In this document: piece after piece, positions 39,169 to 48,953 of the stretch
How positions within the stretch are numbered: position 1 is the stretch's first letter
Layout of the letters: each line of letters opens with the position of its first letter
Source of the DNA: Desulfomonilia bacterium
GTDB taxonomy: Bacteria > Desulfobacterota > Desulfomonilia > UBA1062
Length of the DNA: 64,000 bases
Direction of reading: 5' to 3'
NCBI GenBank assembly: GCA_963664325.2
Contig: CAXXDQ010000003.1
Span: 160,001 to 224,000 of the forward strand
The notes under the pieces: generated by a model
What the model saw: the letters and a program-made list of their open reading frames with translations, nothing else
Told to the model about the DNA's origin: nothing
Databases searched by the model: none
Made by a program: the position numbers and the translations under genes

Positions 39169-39604
39169 CAGCAATTTCGGGGGATATTTTACAGTCAAGG
39201 GCCGCGAATTCATCGATGCAGGCCTGATCTCAAGCCAGATAAAGAAAGTGCTCAAGGAACACGGTGTTCCTGAAGAGGCGGTAAGGAAGGCTGCTGTCGT
39301 AGTATTCGAGGCCGAAGTGAACATCATCTCCTATGCGGACGTCGGGACAATATCGTTCAGGGTTGAGGACGGCGTCATCACCATCGAGGCAATAGATAAG
39401 GGCGCAGGCATTCCCGATATAAAAAGGGCGCTGATAGAAGGGTTTTCAACAGCGGACGACCAGGTAAGGGAGATGGGATTCGGGGCCGGAATGGGACTGC
39501 CGAATATCAAGAAGTTTTCCGACATATTCGAGATAAATTCGGAAGTCGGCAAGGGGACAACCCTTAAAAGCATAATAAAAATTCAGGAAAAGGACGGGCT
39601 TTGA
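39158..39604 (+). CDS. Anti-sigma-factor-type Ser/Thr kinase (HATPase_c)
   Basis: FEAEVN, DKGAGIPD, GFST and EMGFGAGMGLPN motifs. Confidence 0.9.
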   Translation: MAPDSNFGGYFTVKGREFIDAGLISSQIKKVLKEHGVPEEAVRKAAVVVFEAEVNIISYADVGTISFRVEDGVITIEAIDKGAGIPDIKRALIEGFSTADDQVREMGFGAGMGLPNIKKFSDIFEINSEVGKGTTLKSIIKIQEKDGL

Positions 39605-39605
39605 T

Positions 39606-39944
39606 ATGGATTTAAAAACTATTGTTAAAAGCCTTGGTCTTGAGGTCTTCTGCTGTGAGAACAGGCTTGAAGGATCTGTTGACGGCGGTTATTCGGGCGA
39701 CCTGTTGAGCGATGTCATGGCAAATGCCAAAAAAGGCAACGTATGGATAACCAGGCAGGTTCATCCGAATACCGTTGCCGTTGCTACACTTAAGGAGCTT
39801 TCGGCGATCATTGTTGTCAAAGGCGCAAAACCCGATGCCGACACCTTGAGCAGGGCCGAAAAGGAAGGCGTTCCTGTCCTGGGGAGCAGCCTGCCCGCGT
39901 TCGAGACTGCAGGCAGGATTTTTAAACTCTTTGGGGCTTCTTAA
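39606..39944 (+). CDS. DRTGG-domain protein
   Basis: GYSGDLLSDVMA and VWITRQVHPNTVAVA motifs. Confidence 0.88.
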   Translation: MDLKTIVKSLGLEVFCCENRLEGSVDGGYSGDLLSDVMANAKKGNVWITRQVHPNTVAVATLKELSAIIVVKGAKPDADTLSRAEKEGVPVLGSSLPAFETAGRIFKLFGAS

Positions 39945-39968
39945 GGCCCTGCACTTCGTACAGGCGGG

Positions 39969-40709
39969 GTGATGCGCGTATTTTCCTGCGACCTTCATAT
40001 ACACACATGTCTTTCCCCCTGCGCCGAACTCGATATGCACCCTTCGGCCGTTGTCAGAAAGGCGCTCGAAAAAAAACTGGATGTCATCGCAATATGCGAC
40101 CACAATGCCTCTGAGAATGCCGGTTATGTAATGAATGCTGCAAAAGGAACGCCACTGGTTGTCCTTCCGGGCATGGAAGTGACAAGCATGGAAGAAGTTC
40201 ATATGATTGCCCTTTTTGATACCCTTGAAGCCCTCCAAGCGCTCCAGAAAACAGTTTATGAGAATCTTGCGGGGCAAAACGACGAGGACGTATTCGGGGT
40301 GCAGGCGATTGTAAACGAACTCGGGGAGGTCGAGGGCTTCAACCAGCGGCTGCTGATAGGTGCTACAGGCCTTTCCTTGAACCGTCTTGTGGACACGGTG
40401 CATGCACTTGGAGGTCTTGCCGTTCCCTCGCATATCGACCGTGAAATGTTCGGCCTGCTGGCCCAGCTGGGATTTGTCCCCCCTGATGCCGCTTTCGATG
40501 CGCTGGAAATTTCCGCCAGGACGGGTATAAAAAAGGCCAGGGAACTCTACCCGGAGCTTTCCGGACATGCCTTTATCACGTCGTCCGATGCCCATTATAT
40601 TTCAGATATCGGCAGTTCCCCGACATGGCTTTTCCTTGAGGCCCCGAGCCTTGCGGAAATCGGGCTGGCCCTTAAGGCCGCAGCCGGAAGAAGGATTGAG
40701 GAGCGATAA
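39969..40709 (+). CDS. PHP-domain phosphoesterase
   Basis: DLHIHTCLSPC, CDHN, PGMEV...EEVH and SSDAH motifs. Confidence 0.92.
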   Translation: MMRVFSCDLHIHTCLSPCAELDMHPSAVVRKALEKKLDVIAICDHNASENAGYVMNAAKGTPLVVLPGMEVTSMEEVHMIALFDTLEALQALQKTVYENLAGQNDEDVFGVQAIVNELGEVEGFNQRLLIGATGLSLNRLVDTVHALGGLAVPSHIDREMFGLLAQLGFVPPDAAFDALEISARTGIKKARELYPELSGHAFITSSDAHYISDIGSSPTWLFLEAPSLAEIGLALKAAAGRRIEER

Positions 40710-41248
40710 TGATCGAACTGGCGCTCCACATACTTGATATCTCACAGAACTCGCTCAGGGCCGGTGCGAGCCTCGTTGAAATAACATTGGTTGAAGATAT
40801 CAAAAAGGACTGTCTTTCCATATGTATAAAAGACAACGGCTGCGGCATGAATGCTTCGGAAATCGAAAAGGCGCTCGACCCGTTCTATACGACAAAAAAA
40901 GTTAGAAGGATAGGGCTCGGGCTCCCCATGCTCAAGCAGGCCGCCCTTCAGGCCGAGGGTAATTTCGTAATTGAATCCGAGCCGGGCAAAGGGACATTAA
41001 TATCTGCGGAATTCAGGCATTCCCACATAGACAGGCAGCCCATCGGTGATGTTTCAGGGGCTGTGGTCGCGCTCGTTCTTGAGAAGCCTGAAGTCGATAT
41101 ACTCTTCACCTACAGAAGGGACTCCTTCGAATACGTACTTGACACAAGGGAAATCAGGGAAACCCTTGGCAGCGTACCTTTGAATAACATGGATGTAATA
41201 GGATATATCAGGGACAGCATAAGGGAAGGCATGTCCTCATCTGATTAA
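40709..41248 (+). CDS. Histidine-kinase-like ATPase
   Basis: ELALHILDISQNS, DNGCGM, DPFYTT, GLGLP and HIDRQPIGD motifs. Confidence 0.9.
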   Translation: MIELALHILDISQNSLRAGASLVEITLVEDIKKDCLSICIKDNGCGMNASEIEKALDPFYTTKKVRRIGLGLPMLKQAALQAEGNFVIESEPGKGTLISAEFRHSHIDRQPIGDVSGAVVALVLEKPEVDILFTYRRDSFEYVLDTREIRETLGSVPLNNMDVIGYIRDSIREGMSSSD

Positions 41249-41264
41249 TGAGAGGGAAGGCACC

Positions 41265-42653
41265 GTGAACATTAAATCCTCGGGATTTAGGCGCTATTTC
41301 AGGCCGTCCATCGCTCGGCGCATGGCCGTTACCCTGACGCTCTTCGGCATTGTTATCGGATACCTGGTTTTTATAATCCTTTTCACCTGGGGCGCAGGCG
41401 ACATCATAAACCTCGTAACAAAAAGGTTCGAAGAAAACATTTATTCGCTTTTCCCGGATAACAGAGGTGACAGTCTTCTTGGCCTCATTGATATAAAAGA
41501 CAAGGGTTCGTTGAGAGCGGTAAACCTGTTTGCCGAATTCTCTTCGGGGATGAATTCCATTGACGACATAAGGCTTTATTACAAGGCATATGGCGTCTGG
41601 TCGGAAATATATATGGGGGATAACGATACCTTCCATACAAAAGACGTCAGGGAACCGGATACCATAAAGAAGCTTGAACAGATCATGACCGGAAAGAAGA
41701 TATCCCTGTCGAAGATAAACTTCGGGTTTTCGGACAGGCTTGAGGTAACGGACAACCTGACAAGACCGGTCGATAAATACAACTATGTGCTTACATACAG
41801 CATTGCAAGGCCGTCGATAATCGCATTTATGAAAAAGAATCCGGGCCAGAACCTCGTGTTCTGCATGCTGCTGCTTCTTTTTTCATATCTTATAGGGCTT
41901 GTATTCGGCAGGGGCATTGTCAGGCCTGTTGAAGAACTTTCCCGCGAGGCCAGAATTATCGCATCAGGCGACTTCGAGCGGGAATTCCATACAAAAAGCA
42001 GGGATGAAATAGGCAAACTTGCAGACTCGCTCAATTCAATGGCCGCAAGCATACGAGCGGCCATGAAGGAGCGGGAAGACCTGATGCTGGGTATCCTGAC
42101 CGCGCTCACCCGTTCAATCGACGCCAAATCGCGCTGGACGGCCGGCCACAGCGAGAGGGTCACAAGGTATACAATGATGATCGGCTGGAGGCTCGGCCTC
42201 AGCGATGAAGTCATGGACAAGCTCATGGTGTCGGCAGTCCTTCATGACATAGGTAAGATAGCCGTACCGGAGGCCATCCTTGACAAGCCTGGGAGGCTTA
42301 CGGAAGAGGAATTTGCGATAATCAAATCTCACCCTTCAACCGGCGCGGGCATAATCAAGGACATTCCATCGTATGATGCCATACTGCCGGGCATACTCTA
42401 TCATCATGAGCGGTGGGACGGCAAAGGCTACCCGGAAGGGCTAAAGGCGGAATCCATCCCGGTCTTTGCAAGGATAATTGCGATTGCCGACGTTTACGAT
42501 GCGGTTACTGAGGATCGTCCCTACAGAAAGGCCATGTCAAAGGATGAGGTAATAGCGTTCATCAAAGGCAATAAAGGCAGGATGTTCGATCCCCATATTG
42601 CGGATGAATTTGTTTCGATAATAAGCGATAAGGATGCAAGTAAAGCTCACTGA
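41265..42653 (+). CDS. Membrane HAMP + HD-GYP c-di-GMP phosphodiesterase
   Basis: Two TM helices, HAMP (DEIGKLA), GHSERV, LHDIGK, HHERWDGKGYP and DRPYR motifs. Confidence 0.92.
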   Translation: MNIKSSGFRRYFRPSIARRMAVTLTLFGIVIGYLVFIILFTWGAGDIINLVTKRFEENIYSLFPDNRGDSLLGLIDIKDKGSLRAVNLFAEFSSGMNSIDDIRLYYKAYGVWSEIYMGDNDTFHTKDVREPDTIKKLEQIMTGKKISLSKINFGFSDRLEVTDNLTRPVDKYNYVLTYSIARPSIIAFMKKNPGQNLVFCMLLLLFSYLIGLVFGRGIVRPVEELSREARIIASGDFEREFHTKSRDEIGKLADSLNSMAASIRAAMKEREDLMLGILTALTRSIDAKSRWTAGHSERVTRYTMMIGWRLGLSDEVMDKLMVSAVLHDIGKIAVPEAILDKPGRLTEEEFAIIKSHPSTGAGIIKDIPSYDAILPGILYHHERWDGKGYPEGLKAESIPVFARIIAIADVYDAVTEDRPYRKAMSKDEVIAFIKGNKGRMFDPHIADEFVSIISDKDASKAH

Positions 42654-42815
42654 AAATTGGTTGCATCTATGCGGAATCAAAGGTAAAAACAGCTCTTTGA
42701 TATTTTACGACACCATGCTATAGCTTTGCTCTCCGTCTGGGTCATTTGCATGGGCTTATGTGCAGTATGTAATGACGGTTGGAAAGTTCATTGAATATAT
42801 TGCTAGGAGATATCC

Positions 42816-45800
42816 ATGGATAAACACAAACTTGAACCGGTAAGGTTCGTAACGGCAGTTGCCCTTTTCGACGGGCATGATGCGTCAATCAATATTATCA
42901 GAAGGATTCTTCAGGATGCGGGCGCCGAAGTCATCCACCTCGGCCATAACAGGGGAGTCAAAGAGGTCGTCCGTGCCGCCATCCAGGAAGGCGCCCATGG
43001 AATTGCGATGAGCTCTTACCAGGGCGGGCATGTAGAGTTTTTCAAGTACATGATCGACCTCCTCAGGGAAAACGGATGCGGATATATAAAGGTTTTCGGA
43101 GGCGGGGGCGGCGTCATCGTCCCTGAGGAAATAGAGGAACTCCAGGCCTATGGAGTCGCAAAAATTTATTCCCCGCTTGACGGCAAGAAGATGGGCCTTA
43201 GGGGAATGATCGACCACATGATATCTGTTGCCCGAGATGTGCGGATTCCGGATGTCAGGGGCGACATGGCATCATTGAAGAACAGGGACCAGGCCCTGAT
43301 CGGCCGTCTGATAAGCATGGCGGAGGCGAATATCATGGGTTTCAGCACCCGGTATGAAGAGATCAGGTCCGAAATAAAGCCTGTCCAGGGCATACCCGTT
43401 GTAGGCATTACAGGAACAGGCGGATCCGGCAAGAGCTCCTTCATCGACGAGATGGTCCGCAGGTTCATCGAATTTTATCCTGACAAGACCATTGCGATAA
43501 TCTCAGTTGACCCGTCGCGTTCAAAGAGCGGCGGCGCCCTGCTCGGAGACCGGATCCGCATGAATTCAATCGAAAATGACAGGGTGTACATGCGCTCGAT
43601 GGCAACAAGGCTTTCAAAGGACGAACTGTCCATAGCCATCCACGACGCCATCGATATAGTAAAGGCCGCGGGCTATGACCTGGTGCTGGTTGAAACCAGC
43701 GGCATCGGCCAGGGCGATGCCGCCGTCTCAAAGATCAGCAACTGTTCGATATATGTAATGACAAGCGAATACGGTGCGCCTTCGCAGCTGGAGAAGATCG
43801 ACATGCTCGACTATGCGGACATGGTGGTGCTGAACAAGTTCGAACAGCAGAAGGCCCTTGATGCTCTCAGGGATGTGAGAAAGCAGTATATGCGCAACCA
43901 CGACCTCTTTGAAAAGGCAGAGGATGACATGCCCGTTTTCGGTACGGTCGCGAGCAGGTATGATGACAGGGGCTCGGACAGGGCCTTTGCCTTTCTGATG
44001 AAGCTTGTGGCCGAAAAAGGCGGCGTCGACTGGAACCTCCCCCCCATGCCGGAAGAGATAAAGGAAAAACCTAAACCCGGAATCGTTGCGCCGGAAAGGG
44101 AGCAGTATCTGAGGGAAATTGCCGGGGCCGTCAGGTCATACCACAAACATACGGATGAGGCCTCGGACGATATCAGAAAGTATGCAGTGCTCAAAGACCT
44201 GAGCCGTGATGAGACCGGAACCGACAAGAACCATCTTGCCGGAGTGCTGCAGAAGGTGGAAGCTCATATCCAGCAGGAAGATAAAAAGCTGCTCAGGGAG
44301 TGGGAAACAGTATCAAAACATTATACCGGAAAAAGTTACAGCTATTCCGTCAGGGGCAAGGAAATTAAGGTTCCCCTTAAGAACGCAACTCTTTCCGGCC
44401 TTGAAGTGCCCAGGGTCGCCCTGCCCGATTACAGGGACAAGGGTGAGATATACAGGTGGGTCAGGAAGGAAAACGTCCCGGGCTCATTCCCGTACACGTC
44501 GGGAGTCTTTCCGTTCAAGCGCGACTGGGAAGACCCGAAGAGGCAGTTCGCGGGTGAAGGGACACCCGAGCGCACCAACAGAAGATTCCATTACCTGTGC
44601 AGGAACGATGATGCGAAGAGGCTTTCAACCGCCTTCGACAGCGTGACGCTCTACGGGGAAGACCCTGACGAAAGGCCTGACATCTTTGGAAAAATCGGCG
44701 AGAGCGGGGTCAGCATATGCACGTTCGAAGATATGAAAAAACTCTATGCCGGATTCGACCTGTGCTCCCCCCTGACAAGCGTTTCAATGACCATCAACGG
44801 GCCGGCCCCGATCATGGCGGCATTTTTCTTCAATACGGCCATAGACCAGCAGATGGAGAAGTTCGAAAAGGAAAACGGCCGCAAACCCGGCAGGGAAGAG
44901 CTGGCCAATCTGAAAAAATGGGTCATGTCGAATGTCAGGGGCACCGTTCAGGCTGACATTCTCAAGGAGGACCAGGGCCAGAATACCTGTATATTTTCAA
45001 CGGAGTTTGCCCTTAAGATGATGGGGGACATACAGCAGTTCTTCATCGACAACGACGTCAACAACTTCTACTCGGTGAGCATCAGCGGCTACCATATAGC
45101 CGAGGCCGGGGCCAACCCAGTCAGCCAGCTGGCCTTCACGCTGGCAAACGGCTTCACCTATGTCGAGTATTACATGTCCCGCGGCATGGACGTGACCGAA
45201 TTCGCCAAGAACTTCTCGTTCTTTTTCTCGAGCGGCATGGATGCCGAATACAGCGTCCTCGGAAGGGTGGCCCGCAGGATATGGGCCATAGCCATGAGGG
45301 ACCTGTACAAGGGCGACGAAAGGGCGCAGAAGCTAAAGTACCATATACAGACCTCGGGCCGGTCTCTGCACAGCATGGAGATACAGTTCAATGATATAAG
45401 GACCACGCTCCAGGCCCTTACCGCGCTGAACGACAACTGCAACTCCCTGCACACGAACGCCTATGACGAGGCGATCACGACGCCGACCGAGGAATCAGTC
45501 CGCCGCGCAATGGCCATCCAGCTCATCATAAACCGTGAATTCGGGCCGTCCCGGAACGAGAACCAGGCGCAGGGCTCATTCTTCCTCGAATGGCTTACCG
45601 ACGCTGTCGAAGAGGCAGTGCTGCAGGAGTTCGAGCGGATCAGCGAGAGAAAAGGCGTGCTGGGTGCAATGGAAGTCCATTACCAGAGGGCCAAGATCCA
45701 GCAGGAATCGCTCAATTATGAGCATCTGAAACACAACGGCAAGCTGCCCCTGATCGGTGTGAACACTTTCGAGAACCCCGAAAACGAGGGGCAGGAAGAC

Positions 45801-46049
45801 AGGCCGGGCGCATGCGTAGCGCTGACCCGGGCGACGAATGAGGAGAAAATGGCGCAGCTCAACAACCTCAGGGCCTTCCAGAAAAAGCACAAGCAGAAGG
45901 CGCCCCAGGCGCTGAAGCGTCTCAAGGAAGTCGCGCTTTCAGGCGGCAATATATTCGAGGAACTCATGGAGACCGTGCGCGTCGCCAGTCTGGGCCAGAT
46001 AACAGGTGCGTTATATGAGATCGGAGGCCGATACAGGAGGAACATGTGA
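42816..46049 (+). CDS. icmF: Fused isobutyryl-CoA mutase / MeaB-type GTPase
   Basis: B12-binding LFDGHDASINI, GITGTGGSGKSS, LGDRIRM, ETSGIGQ, FAGEG and GRYRRNM motifs. Confidence 0.95.
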   Translation: MDKHKLEPVRFVTAVALFDGHDASINIIRRILQDAGAEVIHLGHNRGVKEVVRAAIQEGAHGIAMSSYQGGHVEFFKYMIDLLRENGCGYIKVFGGGGGVIVPEEIEELQAYGVAKIYSPLDGKKMGLRGMIDHMISVARDVRIPDVRGDMASLKNRDQALIGRLISMAEANIMGFSTRYEEIRSEIKPVQGIPVVGITGTGGSGKSSFIDEMVRRFIEFYPDKTIAIISVDPSRSKSGGALLGDRIRMNSIENDRVYMRSMATRLSKDELSIAIHDAIDIVKAAGYDLVLVETSGIGQGDAAVSKISNCSIYVMTSEYGAPSQLEKIDMLDYADMVVLNKFEQQKALDALRDVRKQYMRNHDLFEKAEDDMPVFGTVASRYDDRGSDRAFAFLMKLVAEKGGVDWNLPPMPEEIKEKPKPGIVAPEREQYLREIAGAVRSYHKHTDEASDDIRKYAVLKDLSRDETGTDKNHLAGVLQKVEAHIQQEDKKLLREWETVSKHYTGKSYSYSVRGKEIKVPLKNATLSGLEVPRVALPDYRDKGEIYRWVRKENVPGSFPYTSGVFPFKRDWEDPKRQFAGEGTPERTNRRFHYLCRNDDAKRLSTAFDSVTLYGEDPDERPDIFGKIGESGVSICTFEDMKKLYAGFDLCSPLTSVSMTINGPAPIMAAFFFNTAIDQQMEKFEKENGRKPGREELANLKKWVMSNVRGTVQADILKEDQGQNTCIFSTEFALKMMGDIQQFFIDNDVNNFYSVSISGYHIAEAGANPVSQLAFTLANGFTYVEYYMSRGMDVTEFAKNFSFFFSSGMDAEYSVLGRVARRIWAIAMRDLYKGDERAQKLKYHIQTSGRSLHSMEIQFNDIRTTLQALTALNDNCNSLHTNAYDEAITTPTEESVRRAMAIQLIINREFGPSRNENQAQGSFFLEWLTDAVEEAVLQEFERISERKGVLGAMEVHYQRAKIQQESLNYEHLKHNGKLPLIGVNTFENPENEGQEDRPGACVALTRATNEEKMAQLNNLRAFQKKHKQKAPQALKRLKEVALSGGNIFEELMETVRVASLGQITGALYEIGGRYRRNM

Positions 46050-46579
46050 GCCGCATCGGTAAAGGCTATGTCCAGATTTACACAGGAAACGGCAAGGGAA
46101 AGACGACGGCGGCGCTTGGGCTCGCTTTGCGCGCGGCAGGACATGGCCTGAAAACCATAATCGTGCAGTTCATGAAAGGTCAGCATTACGGCGAACTTGA
46201 AAGCGCCAAGATGCTTGGCGGCCTTGTAACAATCGAGCAGTTCGGCCACCCCCAGTTCTGCAAACTTACCGACCCGCCCGATGCGGCCGATGTCAGGAGG
46301 GCGCAGGCTGCACTCATGCGTATCCGCGAGATTATTTCAGAAAAGGCCTGCGATGTGCTTGTCATCGATGAGGCGACAACCGCCGTCATGTTCAACCTGA
46401 TCAGGGAAAGCGACCTGCTTGAGCTTGTCAAAGACAGGCCCTCGGGAATGGAACTGGTTCTGACCGGACGCGCTGCGACGCCCGCCCTTATCGAAGCCGC
46501 TGACCTGGTCAGCGAGATGAAGGACATAAAGCACTATTATAACAAGGGCGTGCAGGCGAGGAAGGGCATCGAAAGCTGA
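46046..46579 (+). CDS. cobO: Cob(I)yrinic acid a,c-diamide / cob(I)alamin adenosyltransferase (BtuR/CobO type)
   Basis: YTGNGKGKTTAALG, QFMKG, LTGR and ADLVSEM...KH...RKGIE motifs. Confidence 0.92.
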   Translation: MSRIGKGYVQIYTGNGKGKTTAALGLALRAAGHGLKTIIVQFMKGQHYGELESAKMLGGLVTIEQFGHPQFCKLTDPPDAADVRRAQAALMRIREIISEKACDVLVIDEATTAVMFNLIRESDLLELVKDRPSGMELVLTGRAATPALIEAADLVSEMKDIKHYYNKGVQARKGIES

Positions 46580-46583
46580 TGTT

Positions 46584-46778
46584 TTCCATTCCGCATTCAA
46601 GCGCTTCCATTGATTCGGGCCATTGACGGCCCTCACCCTCCGGGCGCACCTTTGATGCGTCAATTTTCGTGAAGCGAAAATTTGTCGGCTGCGTCGGAAT
46701 GCTCCTCGACATACGGTAATGTATGCCTGCGTCGCTTCCTCCTTGCCTCCTTGGTATCATCTTGAATGCGAAACGGAA
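46584..46778. mobile_element. MITE/REP-like element with 18-bp imperfect terminal inverted repeats
   Basis: TTCCATTCCGCATTCAAG ... CTTGAATGCGAAACGGAA (16/18 inverted match) with internal hairpins. Confidence 0.65.
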
Positions 46779-46948
46779 CAAAACAAGGCGCGTTATAACT
46801 TCACATACCTTTGTCGCTCCTTGATTCGTCGCTGCAATATTGGGATCACGAACTTCCTGTTTGGCTCCTCAAGCCGAGCAAAGCGAAGGCGAAGAGACAT
46901 ACCTTGAAAGTATGTTTCACTCCTCATCTTCGTCACTTCGCGGTCTGT

Positions 46949-47025
46949 ATTGATTCGGGTTATTGATGGCCCTCACCCTTCGGGCGCATCTTTGATGCGT
47001 CAATTTTCGTGAAGCGAAAATTTGT
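46949..47025. repeat. Second copy of the ~77-bp multi-hairpin core
   Basis: Near-identical to 46609-46685 (ATTGATTCGGG...AATTTTCGTGAAGCGAAAATTTGT). Confidence 0.85.
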
Positions 47026-47061
47026 TCTAACGCTCTGCATGTTTTGATGACAATTATCTGC

Positions 47062-47230
47062 ATTATTTCGGTCTATAATGGCTCTTAACCTTCGGGCGCA
47101 TCTTCGATGAGTTAATTTTCGTGAAGCGAAAATTTGTCGGCTGCGTCGGAATGCTCCTCAACATACGGTAATGTATGCCTGCGTCGCTACCTCCTGGCCT
47201 CCTCTGCATCATCTTGAATGCGAAACGGAA
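47062..47230. repeat. Third, 5'-degenerate copy including the right terminal repeat
   Basis: Matches 46609-46778 and ends in the identical CTTGAATGCGAAACGGAA. Confidence 0.85.
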
Positions 47231-47420
47231 GATGTATATTCCCACATCCTTTTCCCTTCATTAATGATTCTTTGTTATTAATAAAATATTGATGCAGACC
47301 TTAAATGAAGAATTGAAATCGTGATTTGAAAATCAAACGAATTACGCAACATGCATATTAATTGTCAGGCGGATGTTCCGTACAGGATGAAGGATCAAAC
47401 AACTCAAATAAGGGAGCGAA

Positions 47421-48029
47421 ATGGGATATATACTGCGGCTGGAAAATGAACATGATTACAGAGAGACGGAAAACATAACACGCGAAGCATTCTGGGATGT
47501 GTATAAACCCGGATGCAATGAACACCTGCTCGTGCACAAGCTGAGAGCGGCTGGCGCTTTTGTAAAAGAGCTTGATTTTGTCGTCTGTTACGGTTCAAAA
47601 ATCATCGGGAACATCATGTGCTCCAGGGCCAAGGTTATTGATAAGGATAACAATCAATTCGAGGTCCTGTGTCTTGGTCCTGTAACTGTGCTGCCCGAGT
47701 ATCAAAAAAAGGGGATAGGCAGGCTCCTGATCGAAGGGACCATAAAAGAGGCCCGGAGATTAAACTTCAAGGGCATTTTCCTGATGGGGAATCCTGCTTT
47801 CTATACAAGGTTCGGATTTAAAAATGCGAAGGTGTTCGGAATTCAGACCTCGGAAGGCGGGAACTTTGATTACTTTATGGGGCTTGAGCTTAAGGAGAAC
47901 AGCCTTAAAGGCATAACGGGCAGGTTCCATGAAGATGCAGTATTTCAAGTGCCGGAAGACGAATTGGAGGAGTTCGAGAAGGAGTTTCCCAAAAGAGAAA
48001 AGCATGTGACTGATACGCAGTTGAAATGA
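47421..48029 (+). CDS. GNAT N-acetyltransferase (YhbS-like)
   Basis: LGPVTVLPEYQKKGIG acetyl-CoA motif and GNPAFYTRFGF. Confidence 0.9.
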   Translation: MGYILRLENEHDYRETENITREAFWDVYKPGCNEHLLVHKLRAAGAFVKELDFVVCYGSKIIGNIMCSRAKVIDKDNNQFEVLCLGPVTVLPEYQKKGIGRLLIEGTIKEARRLNFKGIFLMGNPAFYTRFGFKNAKVFGIQTSEGGNFDYFMGLELKENSLKGITGRFHEDAVFQVPEDELEEFEKEFPKREKHVTDTQLK

Positions 48030-48051
48030 GAAGAAGAAACCCGGCAATTCC

Positions 48052-48076
48052 TTCCCATTCGCATTCAAGTGCTTCC
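48052..48076. repeat. Isolated left-end remnant of the MITE-like element
   Basis: TTCCCATTCGCATTCAAGTGCTTCC versus TTCCATTCCGCATTCAAGCGCTTCC at 46584. Confidence 0.7.
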
Positions 48077-48163
48077 TTAAGCTGTTCCGCTGTGGTAGCA
48101 GCGGATGATCAACACGTCAGGCAGTGACTGAACCTATTCACACCCGAAAGGAGATTTGTTGAA

Positions 48164-48910
48164 ATGGACATTCCACGGATATTCAACATTACCGAAAGTG
48201 CTCACCGCATCCATAACCCGTTCACACCCGAAAAGCTCGCCACTTTAGGCGCTGCGCTGCGTATGGAATCGGGAACCCGGGTGCTCGACCTCGGCAGCGG
48301 TTCGGGGGAGATGCTGTGCTCCTGGGCGCGTGATCACGGCATTATCGGCACCGGCATCGACATGAGCCGGCTGTTCACAGAGCAGGCAAAACTCCGGGCT
48401 GTTGAACTCGGCGTCGCCGATAGAGTCAAGTTCATCCATGATGATGCCGCAGGCTTTGTCTCTGACGACAAGGTTGGCGTGGCGGCCTGTGTCGGCGCAA
48501 CCTGGATCGGCGGGGGAGTCGCCGGCACTATCGAGCTTCTGGCGAGGAGCCTCATCACCGGAGGGATAATCCTCATCGGCGAGCCCTACTGGCGGCAGAT
48601 GCCGCCGACAGAAGATATTGCCAAGGGGTGTCTTGCCCACTCGATCTCCGATTTTCTCATGCTTCCTGAACTTATCGCGTCTTTCGGCCACCTCGGCTAC
48701 GACGTCATTGAAATGGTTCTGGCTGACCAGGACGGCTGGGACAGGTATGAAGCGGCCAAATGGCTCACCATGCGAAGGTGGCTTGAAGCCAATCCAGGCG
48801 ACGAACTCGTAAAAGAAGTTCGAACCCAACTGACCTCGGAACCCGTGCGCTACGCCACTTACACGCGTGAATACCAGGGCTGGGGTGTGTTTGCACTGAT
48901 GTCGCGGTGA
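48164..48910 (+). CDS. Class I SAM-dependent methyltransferase, E. coli YjhP-like
   Basis: MDIPRIF...HRIHNPFT, LDLGSGSGEML, IGEPYW and WDRYEAAKWLTMRRWL motifs. Confidence 0.9.
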   Translation: MDIPRIFNITESAHRIHNPFTPEKLATLGAALRMESGTRVLDLGSGSGEMLCSWARDHGIIGTGIDMSRLFTEQAKLRAVELGVADRVKFIHDDAAGFVSDDKVGVAACVGATWIGGGVAGTIELLARSLITGGIILIGEPYWRQMPPTEDIAKGCLAHSISDFLMLPELIASFGHLGYDVIEMVLADQDGWDRYEAAKWLTMRRWLEANPGDELVKEVRTQLTSEPVRYATYTREYQGWGVFALMSR

Positions 48911-48953
48911 TGAGGAAAACTTAAGGGATCAGTCCGCAACAATTGACATAACG

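Noticed and set aside
46584-47230. Repeats as a CRISPR array
   Set aside because: Units are 77-195 bp, irregularly spaced and only three; no cas genes.
46337-47245. Short ORFs such as the two FRFAFKM...HYRM peptides
   Set aside because: They are translations of the DNA repeat on the opposite strand, with no independent coding evidence.
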